Notes under the pieces: generated by a model | Databases searched by the model: none | The model's input: only the letters and a program-made list of their open reading frames with translations | What the model was told of the DNA's origin: nothing | Position numbers and translations under genes: made by a program | NCBI RefSeq assembly: GCF_032191835.1 | Contig: NC_083235.1 | Coordinates: forward strand, 55,366,001-55,430,000 | Direction: 5' to 3' | Origin: Heteronotia binoei | Lineage: Eukaryota | Length of the DNA: 64,000 nt | In this document: in pieces, positions 1 to 13,656 of the stretch | Position numbering within the stretch: the first letter of the stretch is position 1 | Layout of the letters: every line of letters starts with the position of its first letter

Positions 1-15
1 CCAAACTGGCTAGCA

Positions 16-95
16 GGAAGGTAAAGGAGATTGTGAGCCACTCTGAGACTCTTCGGAGTGGAGGGTGGGATATAAATCCAATATCATCTTCTTCT
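16..95 (+). mobile_element. Squam3-type SINE, 3' end
   Basis: ggtaaaggagattgtgagcc...gggatataaatccaatatcatcttcttct matches the 3' part and (TTC)n tail of the full copies at 7544 and 20758. Confidence 0.75.
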
Positions 96-315
96 AGGAG
101 ACTTCAGTAATAACCAGCACCTTGTAGTGAATCCAGAATTGGCAGCCATTTCTGCAGCCTTGGCTGTATGTGCTCCCGTATAGAGAGACCCAATAATAGC
201 CTGGCCACCGCATTCTGCACTAACTGCAGTTTCCAGGTACGAGACAAGGGCAGCCCCATGTAAAGGGCATTGCAGTAGTCCAGTCTTGAGGTGACCATCG
301 CATGGATCACAGTTG
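96..315 (-). mobile_element. L2 LINE ORF2 fragment
   Basis: Minus-strand ORF 104-310 contains TSRLDYCNALYMGLP...LQLVQNAVARLL, the L2-clade post-RT motif. Confidence 0.85.
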
Positions 316-441
316 CAAAAAAAGTGCTATGAAAAGTGAGCTCCCAGTGAAGTCCTGATGCCTCATGCAGCCCTCCTTCTCAGGACAGTTTGTTATCCAA
401 CCAAATGGTGGAAAAAATAAAATCAGTAGTATTGGTCCATT

Positions 442-470
442 ACACACACACACACACACACGCACATACA
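442..470. repeat. (CA)n microsatellite
   Basis: acacacac... run seen directly. Confidence 0.95.
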
Positions 471-1632
471 TCTCCACCTGGACAGCTCTGCTAGGACCAA
501 CCAAAATCTACAGCAGGCCATGCAGGATTTAAAATTACACTGAATTCCTCCTCAGGCTAGATGCTCAACAAACACAATACTAGAAAAAGAGAGAATGATG
601 TTCCTGAAGGTTGCTGTTACATCTCATCCATAATTTGTTTTACACTTAAGTATGTAATGGAGGAAGTCTTCTGCTCCCTAACTAACTTAAAATTATGCAC
701 TAAGCTAAACAAGATCTGAAGTAATATGGAGGCAAAATAGGACAAGCAATGATTGGTCCCTCTTTGAAAATTACAGAAAACCGCAGTTATCTAACAGCAA
801 AATATTTCTTAATGACCACCACTTCCATTTAGCAGGAGCTTTGACTTCAAGGCCCATAGACATTTGAATAATTTGGGAGCATAGGCAATAGTCAGACAGA
901 GTATAATTGCAGGCTTTGCTTTTGGGATTCAAATACAGAATCAAGAAAGGAGAAAGAATCTGCTTTGGGTGACAGGACCATCCTGGTCTAAAAATGCCAT
1001 GTCACACTATGATGTTGACTTCTTCAAGTAACTCTTCAAGCCCTTCTTCAATGATATTTTATTTCTTCCAGGCTAGTTAGTGAAAAGCCAAAGATATGAG
1101 GAGAGAGGTGCCCAGTTAGCTATTTGTGGAACTGTGTTCAGTTTTGAGGAATAGGCAGAGATCGGGTGGCTGAAATAGGCATTAATATCACTTGCATTAG
1201 GAGTTCCCTCCTAATGCTTTCAAAATTCATAAGCTTCAAGCACAGCAATCTCTAATTCTAGGAGTGGACTGATTAGTCCATCAAGGCATCCCTGTTTGCT
1301 GTGGACATTGGCTGCTGTGCCCCACCTTTCTGACTCCTGGAAAATTCTTATATTCTGTGCATGCCCTTTGCATGCAACAAACAACTGAACAGTCCTCCCC
1401 CTCCTTCCACCTTTTCAGCTGCTCCACAAGAAAATAAATTGATTAAAGACCACAAACAGCTCTTGTGTGCAAACTGAGATCTGCAGATGACACGTCCCCC
1501 AAGGGCTTTTGCTACCATGGAGATAATGACAGACAGCAGCCTGCAGGGACAGGGCTGGAGGCGGAAGGAAGGCATGTTCATTGCAGCCGCACAGACCCCC
1601 TTGAGAGTAAAAGAAGGCCAGTCAAGACATAC

Positions 1633-1792
1633 CTGTACTCTAAGGAGAACTTGGTTAGCTCCCTGTTATTGTGCAGCCATTTGAATTCCAGAGGCCAGCT
1701 GCCTTCTGCCATGCAAGTCAGGACCAAACGGTTCCCCTCCAGATGGACTTGGGTACGCACTGGCTCTGTCTTGAAATATGGGGAAACGTCAT
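1633..1792 (-). CDS. SDK2: Sidekick cell adhesion molecule 2, internal coding exon (probably exon 2; N-terminal half of Ig domain 1)
   Basis: Encodes (D)[52 protein letters not shown](R), matching my recall of the mature N-terminus of human SDK2 and not SDK1 (DDVAPYFKTEPGLPQIH...). Acceptor: pyrimidine tract ttttcatttcccttttctttgcag|AT. Donor: AG|gtatgt. 160 bp, phase 1 to phase 2. Confidence 0.95.
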
Positions 1793-2274
1793 CTGCAAAG
1801 AAAAGGGAAATGAAAAGTTTAAAATGTATATTCTTCCTAAACATCCCCTAGATATCAAGAAATGAAAGCTTCCATACTGGGCGAGACAAATAGTCCATTC
1901 CATTAATGGACTCAGGGTTGGAAGCTTCAAAGGAAAATGAATGAAAAGCTATAAGGTAAATTATGGTCTTCACTATTACTTTCTGGCAGCCAGAGATTTA
2001 GGGACTTTCCAAGTATGGTAATGTATCTCTAGATCACCTTGTCAGTGAATTACTCTCAACCATAACAAAGTTATAAAACAAAGGAAAAAGAAAAGGGAAG
2101 AGAAGTTATCCCCCACACACATCAAAGCTGTAGGAATCCCTAAAAGCTCTTTAGCATCCTTTTTTAGTGGGATGTTTTAAGTTCACATGTCTATATGTAT
2201 AGTAGTTACCTTTGGAGTTCCAAGTGTTGTCAAGGTAAGATATGGGTGTCCAACTGTTGTTTGTTTGTTGTTTG

Positions 2275-2490
2275 CAGTGGTTGTGGTGTAGAGGTTAGTG
2301 TTGAATCTGGAAATCCAGGTTCAGATCCCCACTCTGCCATGAAAAGCTTGCTGGAAAACTTTGGGCCATCCCCCCCGCCCCCCCCCCCCATATGCTTAGC
2401 CTAACCTACCTCACAGCATTGTTTGTGATGGGAATGGAAAGCAGGAGAACAATGCATGCTAAGAATGGGCAGGGTAATATAGTAAATAAT
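2275..2490 (+). mobile_element. Old MIR/Ther1-like tRNA-derived SINE
   Basis: tggtgtagaggttag...ggttcagatccccactctgccatg head followed by the core cctaacctacctcacag. Confidence 0.65.
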
Positions 2491-2524
2491 AATTGTTAAT
2501 ACTATATATAATGTAGTAGAGAAA

Positions 2525-2806
2525 CAAAGGCAAAGGTAGTCCCCTGTGCAAGCACCAGTTGTTTCTGACTCTGGGGTGACGTCGCATCACGATATTTTCA
2601 TGGCAGACTTTTTACGGGGTGGTTTGCCATTGCATTCCCCAGTCATCTACACTTTCCCCCCAGCAAGCCAACCAACCACAGAAGGATGGAAGGCTGAGTC
2701 AACCCTGAGCCGGCTACCTGAACCCAGTTTCTGCCAGGATCGTATTCCGGTCATGAGCAGAGAGCTTGGACTGCAGTACTGCAGTTTTACCACTCTGCAC
2801 CACGGG
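2525..2806 (-). mobile_element. Sauria SINE
   Basis: aaaggcaaaggtagtcccctgtgcaagcaccag...ggtttgccattgc...ggatggaaggctgagtcaacc is the reverse complement of the Sauria SINE body and (ACCTTT)n tail. Confidence 0.9.
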
Positions 2807-4009
2807 AATGCAATACAGAAATCGTAAGCCCCAATACACAGGTATTCATTTGAATATTTAGAGAGGTACAACAATCATGGTTATAGCTACAAATTCCACC
2901 CCTGTTCTTCACATATTCAAGATTCATAGAGCCTGTATATGCTCATCTGAACATGCCTTGGTTCCTGTATATGTTTTTCAGGACCCTAGAAAGCAGAGGG
3001 TCCAGACTTACACATTGGCACTGTTGGAAAGTGAACCTTGAATGCATGGAGGTTGAGAACAGGACCAGTGAGCACAGTCCTGAATACTCCCCTCCATGAC
3101 ATAACTTCAACAAGATGAGTATAAAGAACTGAACTGAGAGATGCATGAAAAGCAACAGGATATTTCCCACAAGTAGCTGCAGGCAAAAATAACAGGAAGG
3201 GGGTGAGGTAGTTGTATGATCTCTGGCTTGCATATTCTCAAACAGTAAAAATAAGTCATCTATATTAATGGCTTGTTTACTTGGAGGAAAGCCCCCAAAT
3301 TGCAGCCTTGTTAGTGAGTGTTAACTATACACAAAGTATGGGTGTACGGTCTTGGCCACTGAATTTTAATTGATTTGAGCCCCTTCTCCTGAGATCCATT
3401 TAGACTTAGAGCTGCATACATTTTGGAACACACATTTCCCAAGACTCCATGTAATTCTGCCATCAGGCAAGTTGTTCTCTCTCATGGAATCAGCTTCCAC
3501 TATAACAACAGGAATAACTGTTATTATTACTTATTACATTTGAATTGCACTTCCAAGGGTAATTTAATATACATGGAGCTCCTGACTCATTATGTCATCT
3601 GTAACGGCAATGCATAGTTTTTACATGTGCATGTACATGCTACACGAAACCTTGATTCTTCAGGATTCTGCTTCATGTATATCATAATTAAAAAGCTGCA
3701 TGGTGCCCCTTTCAATCAATATAGCAACAGCATTTATCCTTAGGATCTATCTGCAATTGTCAGCCTCTGACTATGCATGGACTTCCACTATGCATATAAT
3801 GTCTGAAAAGGCCTACTGTGAATAAGGATTGTAATAAACCTTGCACATTACAGGGGTGGCTACGACACAAAAACCAAAACCATCTGATCAAAGTTGCCCA
3901 TCAGTTGACTGAATCAGGAACAATACCCACGAGTCTTTGACCCCAACTTTTAAATAATTCGAATAAAGGGAGTATAATCTGGTTTGCGGGGATGTGGAAT
4001 GGTAAAATA

Positions 4010-4155
4010 TAGTTCCATCTCATCAGATCTCAGAAGCTAAGTTGAGTCAGTACTTGGACGGGAGACCACCAAGGAAGACTTTGCAGAGGAAAGCAATGGC
4101 AAACCACCTCTGCTTAATAACCTGTCTTGAAAATCCTGTGGAGTCACCATAAATA
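4010..4155 (+). mobile_element. 5S rRNA-headed SINE (5S-Sauria-like)
   Basis: atctcatcagatctcagaagctaag...tacttggacgggagacc resembles 5S rRNA and is fused to the Sauria/BovB-type gcaatggcaaaccac segment. Confidence 0.75.
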
Positions 4156-6564
4156 AGGAGGCTGCACTTTACACACACACAACCTTGTTTGCTACCTTTT
4201 GCCTATCTAAATATTGTCAAAATAGAAGAACACTGGTGTTTGGTTGCCATGGCGAAAGATTTAACAAGGTCATTCAGAGTTTTGTTTCCGAAATAGCACA
4301 TGTTTTGAAATACAAAATCATTCTTTATCAGATTTACTGTATGCATAATGCATTTGTGCCAATGGATATAAAGTGTTCTGCCCATCTCATGGCATGGTTG
4401 CTTTATTACCCAGTGGCAGCAACACTCATTAGATGAGGCAGATTCCTTCCCCAGAAGTCAGGGAACTGAACTGATTCTACTATTCCTATAAAGCAAAGCC
4501 ACCCTAACCCCCTCTAGAACAACTAAGTTTGGTGCTTGGAAAGTCCACTTTTACAGCCATTGGGCCAAGTAAAATTTCAGCCACAAACATTCCTCATTAA
4601 GCTAACAAGGAGAACTTGCAAGTAAAACTCCTCATAAGTTGGTTAACAGAAAAGAGTCACAACAAAAGAGAAGATTATTTTTCTTTCTTTTCTTTTTTTG
4701 TCATTTGAAGCTTTAGTAATACTATGGGGAGGGGAACTGCATTCTGAATGAAAGAATGGCTCCCACAAAGCTAATATTAGACTTGCGCTTTGCATCAGCA
4801 TGTCTCCCTGGATGGAGAGACAGGTATGGAAAGACTGGGTATGAAGAAGAAGGACTGGGCTAGCCTTTTCAAGGAGAGATCCCATGGTGCACACATCTCA
4901 AAAGCCTCCTTAATTTTGATGGACATTCCCATTTTGCACCCTCTAATATTTCACAGAAGCAATAGGACATGGTTGTGATGCCCCTATTCTTATGTGCAAA
5001 CCTCATCCCCTTCCCTCCCCTGTATGCACACACTATTATTATACATTGTTGAAGGGGTTATTTTGCTGCCTGCTATTTTCATTTATTCTCAAGCAGTCCT
5101 GTCTTCCACTTATTTAAAGGCACAGAAGGGGATGGTTTTGTTGGCTAAATATATATTGGAAAAACATTATTGTTCTACAGGAAGTTAACAGCAGTTCAAA
5201 ATATGCCTCCGCAGCTGCACTACATGAACTAGAAGGCTGAGCACACCACGCTTCATGTCATAAGTATGCATGTACGCCTTATTTGTTCTGGAGCAAGACT
5301 CATCTACCTTACCTATTCAAAGATTTAACTTCTTGAAAGAAATAAGGGGCTGCCGAGCCCCAAATAAGGACAACTCTAGTAACTCCACTAGCAAATTTCA
5401 ACAAGGTATCTTCAGCAAGGAAAAAAGAGGGATAGTGGTTTGCAGGGAAAGGTGCCAGGAAATAGGGATTCTCTTTTTGGTAAGGACAGATGGAGTATAT
5501 ATGAGGTCAAACCAAGCTGTCTCCATGTCTCTTAATACCTTTGGAAAATACCTGTTTCAACCCAGATTTTTCTCCTGGTTTTAGAGTGCTATGTTACGCA
5601 GCCACACTTGGTGGTTCTGCTACAGAAAGAGTAACATTCAGCTCATCATTAATTTCTTGCCACCAGAGGGAGCAGACACCATCAATAACTTTCCTTCCAA
5701 GTTTGTTGCAAAAGTGTTGCCGCTCCTCACAGGACAAAAATATGATCACTGCCTTGTTTACATACGTTAATTCATTTGTCGACATGTGATCTTAAAAGTT
5801 TCATTGATTAGCAAGGAAGAAAATAGAGTGACAAAACATCTGTCGGGCCTTTAGCGACTTTTCCTTGGGGGTAGCAAGAAGGAAACTTGCATCTCTTTAT
5901 CAAGTTAGGGGAGGGACAGAAAGTGTTGACAAGACACAGTGAAAGAAAACCAGGTGAGAAGTTGGGGCTGAAAGGCAGCAGAGGAATTGGCTGGATTAGC
6001 TTCCAGAGAAAGGGGGGACAGGGCTCCTTTTGAATATGCTTGTCTGTTAAAATGCATGGCAGTTTTAAACTTTTTGCCCAAATCATCCTTCTCATCAAAT
6101 GGAAGCAAACTGTCTTCCTGTTCCTCTCATCACTCCCATTGTTCCCCTGAAGATAATCTCCTTTGTCATTGGCTTGATCTGACTCCCTTTCCACTGGCCA
6201 CTGGCCAAACCCAATGGTACTTCTCAATGGCTGTTCTACAGATAAGTCTTCTGTTGTTACTGGCAAACACTTAGGCCCTTCTGGCTACTGCAGTTGCTGA
6301 GATGAAGCCCACAGAAAACTGCCCGTTATTTTTAGCATGCATTTCAGCCAACATTTCCTTGGTCTGTGGTTTGGGCAATGCAGTAATAGGCTGGGTGCCC
6401 TCTGTTATTCTCTCTATTTGGCTAGACAGTACAAACCATATTGAATTAAATACAGTAGTTAACATCCAGCCAACTCTCCCTAGTGGCTTTAAGGAAGAAG
6501 CTAAATCTCATAATAGCTGTGAATGCTAACAGCTCTGGATAGAGAGAACTATTATAAAAACTAG

Positions 6565-8210
6565 TGTAAAGAAAGAGAAGAAAACAACAAAACAGGAAGA
6601 ACAAGAAATCTGTTTTACAGGAGTCCAAGAAATCAAGAGGAAATTTAAACAATGCTTAAGGATGCTGAGAGATCAATGAGGAAATATATTAAATGAGGAG
6701 GACAAAACAAGGCAAACATGAACAATACACTGAAGAACTATACAGAAGAGATGAAAGAATGACAGATTCCATCAAAGAAGAATTTTTTAAAGAACCAACT
6801 GCAGTTTGATTAAATGAAAGCTGCACTCAAAGCAATTTGGAGAAACAAATAATCAGATGTAGATAGGCTATCAATAGAACTATTTCAAGCCACAGAAATG
6901 GAGTCCATCAAAATCTTAACAAGAATACGCCACAAGTATGAGAAACAAAACAATGGCTCATAAATGGGAAACACTCAGTCTTCATTCCAATCCAGAAAAA
7001 AGGAGACGTCAAAGACTGCAGCAACTACCACATTAATTTCCATATATAATTATTATATATGGAAAAAGAAATGCTAGAATGGATTCACAAGCTGGATTCA
7101 CAATAGGAAGAGGCACTAGAGAACACATTGGAAATTTACATTGGTTACTGGAACATGCAAAAGAATGTCAGAAGAAAACTGATTTATGTTTCATAGAGTA
7201 CAGTAAGGCTTTTGACTGTGGATCATAAAAAGCTATGGATGGTTTGAAAAGGAATGGGTCTGCCACAACATGTGACTGGTTTGATGCACAACTTAGATTC
7301 AGGACAAGAGGCTACTGAAAGAACAAAAGATAAAGAAATTGAACAGTTTCCAATTGGCAAAGGTGTCAAACAAGGAAGTATTTTATCTCTCTATCTGTTC
7401 AATTTATATGCAGAACAGATGCATATGGAAAGCTGGATTTGGTTTAGATGTAGGTGGAGTGAAAACTGATGAAAGGAAACTAAAAATTTGAGATATGCAG
7501 ATGACACCACATTACTGGCAGAAAATAGTGAAGACCTGAAACAAGAAGATATTGGATTTATACCCTGCCCTTCACTCTGAATCTGAGTCTCAGAGTAGTT
7601 TATAAACTCCTTTACCTTCCTCCCCCACAACAGACACCCTGTGAGGTAGGTGGGACTGAGAGAGCTGTCACAGAAGCTGCCCTTTCAAGGACAACTCTGC
7701 GCGAGCTATGGCTGGCCCAAGGCCATTCCAGCAGGTGCAAGTGGAGGAGTGGGGAATCAAACCCAGTTCTCCCAGGTAAGAGTCCACACACTTAACCACT
7801 ACACCAAACAACTACTGATGAAGGTTAAAGCAGGAAGTGCCAAAGCAGGATTACAGCTGAGCATCAAGAAGAAAAAAGTATTGACTATTGGGGAATTATA
7901 TAATGTCAAGGAAGGAACTGAAACTTTTCTATTCCTTGGCTAATTCATCAACCAAAAAAGAGACTGCAACCAAGAAATCAGAAGGAGGCTGAGACTGGGA
8001 AAGGCAGCCATGAAGGAACTCAAAAAGATCCTTAAGTGTAAGCATGTGTCACTGACAATCAAGATTAAGATACTTCATGTTATAATATTCCACATTATTG
8101 TGTATGGGTGTGAAAACTGGACTGTGAAGAAAGCTAACAAGAAGAAAGTTAACTTATTTGAAATATGTTGGAGGAAGATTTACAGACACCATGGGTCACC
8201 ACAAAGTGGG
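6565..8210 (+). mobile_element. RTE-BovB-like LINE, truncated and decayed
   Basis: Fragmented RT motifs GKGVKQGSILSLYLFNLYAE, (L)RYADDTTLLA and IIVYGCENWTVKK typical of RTE/BovB. Confidence 0.9.
7544..7809 (-). mobile_element. Squam3 SINE inserted in the RTE element
   Basis: tRNA-like head (revcomp gtttggtgtagtggttaag...ggtttgattcc) and TTC tail. It splits RT codons EDLKQ|LLMKVK, with aaaca on both sides (7539-7543, 7806-7810). Confidence 0.9.
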
Positions 8211-8452
8211 TTCTAGCTCAGATCCCCACAATTTTTGCTTAATGAAAACTTTGTGACAGATGACATATTAAAATAGGGTTGCAAGGCCCAGCCTGGCACC
8301 AGTAGTGACGTTGGAGGGGAAGTTGTCACTCACAGCATGTTTCACTTCCAAGGAACAACCGGAAGTGATATCATATCTCTCTAGGAATCACGAAATAGTC
8401 TACAGTTAAAACAGAGTTATCAATGATTCCTAGGGGGACTTACATTGCATCT

Positions 8453-9162
8453 TAGCATTCCCAGCCTCCAGCTGAGGTGGATTTCCCCCCAGTTTTTGGG
8501 GCCTCAGTCAACAGCATGGAGCTGGCAGGTGTGGGGATCCCCATCCCTGAAGAGCTCTGTTGGCATCCATCACAATGACATCACTCAGAAGTGACATCAT
8601 TGTGCTGGGCACATCATGCAGGGGGCACTTTAGCATTTGGGTAAGAACTCTATGGCACCATAGAGAGAACCATCCCCCACCAGGGCCGGCTCACCCACTA
8701 GGCAAACTAGGAGGTTGCCTAGGGTGCTGGGAAGTGGGGAGCGCCAAATTGGGCAAATGCCTAGTTTGCCTGCCTCCCCCCACCGCTGCCACCCACCCCC
8801 TCCATTCCCTTGTGCTTTCTCCCTTCCCCTAACCCCTCGTGCGAGATCAGAGCCTGCTCCCCCTACTCCCGCTGAAGGAGACTTCGCTCCCCCTCACTTC
8901 CGGTTCCTGGAAAGAGGAGGGAAAAGTCTCTTCCGGCAGGCTCTTCAACGGAGCAGATGCCGCGCCACCAGCCACATTGAAGGCAGTAAGCCCAGGCACT
9001 GTGTGCTCTGATGGGGCACGGGGGGGACGGCAGGCAGGCTCTGACGCTCTGATCATGCACAGTGGGCATGGGGGCGGCAGGCAGGCAGCCTGCCTGGGGC
9101 ACCACGTGCCCTCAGGCCAGCGTTGTCCCTCACCAACAGCCAGGTAAGACCTGGCAACTCTA
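8453..9162. mobile_element. hAT (Blackjack-like, TAGGGTTGCCA-type TIR) MITE
   Basis: TIRs tagcattcccag / ctggcaactcta; perfect 8-bp TSD TTGCATCT (8445-8452, 9163-9170). Confidence 0.8.
8681..9125. mobile_element. hAT (Tip100-like, CAGGGCCGGC TIR) MITE nested in the preceding MITE
   Basis: Starts cagggccggc and ends with degenerate gccagcgttg; TSD tcccccac / tccctcac (7/8). Confidence 0.7.
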
Positions 9163-10899
9163 TTGCATCTGGGCTTTTCCACAAGTGACATAACACCATA
9201 GGCCCAATGGCTGTATTTTAAAAATTTTCCCCAGCTGTTGCTCTATGATTCTGCATGTGCAAAACTACAGTCTTTCAGTGTGGTCATAGATATTTTAGTA
9301 ACTTACTTTCCCACAGCTAAAACCAGAATATAACATGGGAAATCCATGCCTCGAATGTGTTATGAAATGTTGTGGGGGTGAGAGAAGTGGGTGTGCATGT
9401 GTATATTCTTTCATTGGCTGCTTCTCCAAAAAATACTGCATGCAGATGCACACACTTATACTCACAGTGGACCCCTAGCACGTATTAGCCCCACTATGGA
9501 TAAAAACAAGTACCTCTACTGACCCAGATTGAATTATTGTAGAGCCTTCAATAAGCCATTCATCAAAGGCAAGCAGCAATCCAAACCAAAGTGTCTCCAT
9601 AATCAATCCCATGTCCAGTGACTGCACAATCTGGTCTTTGCTATCATGGCACTTATTTCATATATAATGGAAAATGAGGTATAAACATACGCAAGGTTGT
9701 CCAGGAGTCTTACAAGCATTAGGGACCTCAATTACAGTCTCCAAGCTGACACATCGACACCCATCACAGGTGGGGTTCTGTGCCATACCCTCAACAAAGA
9801 CTTACTCCTCTGCCATCTCTGCTCCTACCTGAGCCATTTAGTAACCATATCAACAAGGGCTCAAAGTCCATACAGGATTTCTCTAAGCTGCTTTGCTGCC
9901 TTTATTCCCAGCTGGCATGGTGGCATTTTGCAACCATGCTGGGCTTTTAAGATAGAGGGTGGAATGAGGTGGGGATGGGGAGTGAGAAAAGAGGGAAACA
10001 AGAAAGCCCAGCCTGCCATTTTATTTGTTAAGTAAAACTGCAAGTTGAAGTGCACAGCTTCATTTTCTGTTTAACAAATGGAATTCCTTTTTACTTCAAA
10101 GGCACATTCATATTTCCCAACAGCTTTCAAGTGTACTTTGAATTACATTATTTTTATACATACCAAAAAAATATCCCAACACCCTCCCTAGATTTAGTTC
10201 CTGGCATCAATTTGTTATAAAACAATAACATTCCAGGACCTGTATGATTAAATTCCTCTTTTCATGTGGGACCAATTCAGAAAGAGGGGGAAAGAAAGAG
10301 TTACTTCAAGCAACAAACAGCACACTCGCAACACACACAAGCACATGCAGAAAGCACAATGTTAAAAGGGTTTAAGCTTTGCAAGCCCCCACGCAGGGCA
10401 ATTTGCTGTGAGGTATGCATTTATATTTTATTGCTTTTCTTGTCCTCTGGGGCTTTTTGGAAGCTGAACAAACTAAAGAGAGTCTGCTTCAAGGTGGTAA
10501 AATGTTTGAAGTGAGCACTTTACTCCAAAGGTATCACAGTTTCAGGCATGGGTTAGGGATCTGACAACCCTTAGAAAGAAAAATAGAGTCAGAATAATCT
10601 TCATTCACAAAGATACCATGGGGCTCCCAAGAACTACAGTATTTTAGCCTTAACCCATTTTACAAAGAGGATGCTCTGACTGCTCTCTTCTACCCCTTAC
10701 TCACACTTCAACTTGATGACCAGGGTGGGGAAGTCTGACCGGGAACCCACATGTCAAGCTTCTGCCTTCCATTGTTCTCTGTGCTTGCAGTGGACAACTC
10801 CCTTTGCTTGGCTACCCCTCTGGTTACCAGCTTCTTTTCTGGCAGCGTCCCAATACCTTTTACAACTGCATAATCACACAAAAATTCATGAACACCCAC

Positions 10900-11130
10900 A
10901 GCCACCATGGTTAAGAGTGGCAGACTCTAATCTGGAGAACTGAGTTTGATTCCTCACTCCTCCACAGGAAGATTGCTGGGTGACCTTGGGCCAGTCACAG
11001 TTTTCTCAGAACTCTCTGAGCCTCTCCTATCTCACAAGTTATGGGGAGAGGAAGGGAGGGTGATTGTAAGGTGCTTTGAAACTCCTTAGGGTACAGAAAA
11101 GCAGAATATAAAAAACAACTCTTCTTATCC
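10900..11130 (+). mobile_element. Squam3 SINE
   Basis: atggttaagagtggcagactctaatctggagaactgagtttgattcc head, core ctgggtgaccttgggccagtcac, ctcttctt tail. Confidence 0.85.
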
Positions 11131-11469
11131 ACAGCAGCTCCTGGCCAAGTCCAAAAATTCATCAGTTGAACTGATGATGTCATGAACTTCTTTAAGGCAC
11201 ACAAGCTCTACCAGAAACTAAAACTGGCAACCCTTTCTTTATCCCTCCTGAAAATTACAGCTATGAGAATATGGCCACAAATTCAAAACATATAATTTCA
11301 GGAAACCTTTGGAAGGTTATTTTTTTCCAAGTTTTTGTTGGATAATACAAGAAGAAGGTTTGTCCTTTGCAATATGTTGTTTTTCACATGTGCTGCAAAA
11401 ATATTTTATTTGAGTGGGCAAGCTTCATCCTTTTCCTTTACTTCCTCTTCCTTTACTTTTGCCTAGCAT

Positions 11470-13030
11470 ACCAACAGATACCTTGTTGAACCTGCTGGAG
11501 GCAGTAGCTGGCTGGGCCTTGGAGCACCCCAGAATCCATGCCAATGAGGCCGCCTCCTTACAGGCTATGGACCTAGTGTCATCCATGGCAACACTAGGAC
11601 TCTTCAGTTTGTATCAGCTCCCACACATCAAACAGACCACATGCAGGATCTGATCTTTGGGATAAATGTGCACCTTCATGCAATTGAAGCAGTGCCATGG
11701 TGCGATCGCTTTGTCCTGAAGGCTTGCCTAAGTATTCCAGCCCCTCCCTGGTCAGGCGATGAGCCGATATATGGCGCCTGCAGAGACTGATGGATTCTCT
11801 CTTGGTTTTCAGAATGCTCTGCAGGATCTGTTACCCCCTAGTGATTTGTTAAATGCACTGGTAGAGGACTGGCACTCTAGCCTCTCTGAAGCCACTGGCA
11901 AAATCGCTCCCCATTGCCCTCTCCACTACCATACCAGACTAGCTCCTCGGTATACTGAGGAGCCACAAAGAAGGAAACAGGAGTTGAGATGGCTAGAGCG
12001 AGGGTGATGGCGAACTCATGACAAAGCTGCATGTCTTATAGAGCATTTATGAAGGCCTATGAGGTGGCAGTGCAAGCCAGAAAGAAGGAATTCTATGTGA
12101 CTCCATTGCATCTGCAAGTTCCTGCCCAGTTGAAATGTTCAAGGTAATTAGGTCTCTAATATCTCTTTCACAGGGAATCCAAAACAATATTAATTTGGCA
12201 GTCATCTGGAAGGTTTTCAGAAGCTGCTTTGCAGATAAAATTTTGTCATTCTGCCAGGACATACTGGACACTACAGAACTGGAGGCCCTTTGGTGTCTTT
12301 AGATCCAGTAATGGACCATTTCAGCCAACTCTCCCAGGATGAGTTTGACAGGATCCTGCATACTGTGAAGTCCGCCACTTGCCGCTTGTACTCGTGCCTG
12401 TCATGGTTTGTGAAAGCTGGCAGTGATGGAATATGGGTCCCCCTGGCAGATATCATCAATGTGTCCCTGATCTTGGGGACCTTTCCATGGGGCTTTAATA
12501 GAGGCAGTGGTGAGACTGCTCTTGAAAAAACCTTCTCTGGATTCTACTGATTCAGCCAACTACTGCCCAGTCTCAAATCTTCCATTTCTGGGTAAAAAAT
12601 GGTTTGTTGGTTCTGACCTTTAAGGTGCTTAATGGTTCTGGTACGTCCTCTGAAGAGCCTTGCACTTAGAGGATCAAAATCTGCTGGTGGTCGCTGGCCC
12701 AACAGATATTTGGCTGACCTCAACTAGAACCAGGGCCTTTTTGTCCCTAGTTCTGGTCTGGTGGAACTTTACACCCTCTGGGATCTTGTTCAGTTCCACA
12801 GGGTTTGTAAAATAGAGATGTTCTGCCAGGCCTATGGTTGAGGACAGCAATGGCTCACACTGTGGCTTTCATTATGACCTTCTCCATGACCAGTCCCTGA
12901 TCTGCCCAAAGGAGGGAGTGAATTTTATGCCATTGTTAAGTCCTGTTGTTCTTATTGTAAACTTAAACTAATTAACCTGTTGGTACCACCCTGAGCAGTC
13001 TATAAATTGTTGTTGATAATAATAACAACA
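11470..13030 (+). mobile_element. L2 LINE, decayed, internally deleted
   Basis: Fragments GKIAPHCPL...LAPRYTEE and ANYCPVSNLPFLGK; AT-rich microsatellite-like tail near 13010. Confidence 0.75.
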
Positions 13031-13160
13031 TGTTATTGCAGCTACTATCAGGCCTAGATTGCAAGAAAAGATATTCAGCATAGAAAAGACAGCTGAATTA
13101 AGGTGGGAAGGAATACTTAAACCCTAAGCCTTAGATTACTCATGTGTATTGGTTTCCAAG

Positions 13161-13656
13161 TAGGCTTCCCAATCCCCAGGTCCCAGAGGGGGATCCCTCA
13201 GTTTTACAGGCTTCCCCCCTCCCCCAGCCAGCTGGCCGGCGGGGGAAGCCCCACCCCCAGAGCCATCATGCACCTCCATGAACGATTCCCATAGGAAATG
13301 ATGGGGAATTGAGCCGCGGGTATCGAGGGCTCTGGGGGGGCTGTTTTTTGAGGTAGAGGCACCAAATTTTCAGTACAGCATCTAGTGCCTCTCCCCAAAA
13401 TATCCCCCAAGTTTCAAAATGATTGGACCAGGGGGTCCAATTCTATGAGCCCCAAAAGATGGTGCCCCTATCCTTCATTATTTCCTATGGAAGGAAGGCA
13501 TTTAAAAAGGTGTGCAGTCCCTTTAAATGTGATGGCCAGAACTCCCTTGAAGTTCAATTATGCTTGTCACACCCTTGCTCTTGGCTCCGCCCCAATGTCT
13601 CCTGGCTCCACCCCCAAAGTCCCCAGATATTTCTTGAATTGGAGTTGGCAACCCTA
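13161..13656. mobile_element. hAT Blackjack-like MITE (~500-bp family)
   Basis: TIRs taggcttcccaa / ttggcaacccta; TSD tttccaag / ttttgaag (6/8); body shared with 33254, 42071, 47719 and 60039. Confidence 0.85.

Noticed and set aside
1578-1632. ORF extension [18 protein letters not shown] as a possible short secreted isoform
   Set aside because: Simple read-through of a canonical gtatgt donor; no transcript evidence available.
1465-1851. 128-aa plus-strand ORF overlapping the SDK2 exon
   Set aside because: Antisense shadow of the real exon; no independent coding evidence.
5808-6266. 152-aa minus ORF and other 60-150-aa ORFs in unique DNA
   Set aside because: No recognisable domains, no supported splice structure, and lengths expected by chance in 64 kb.
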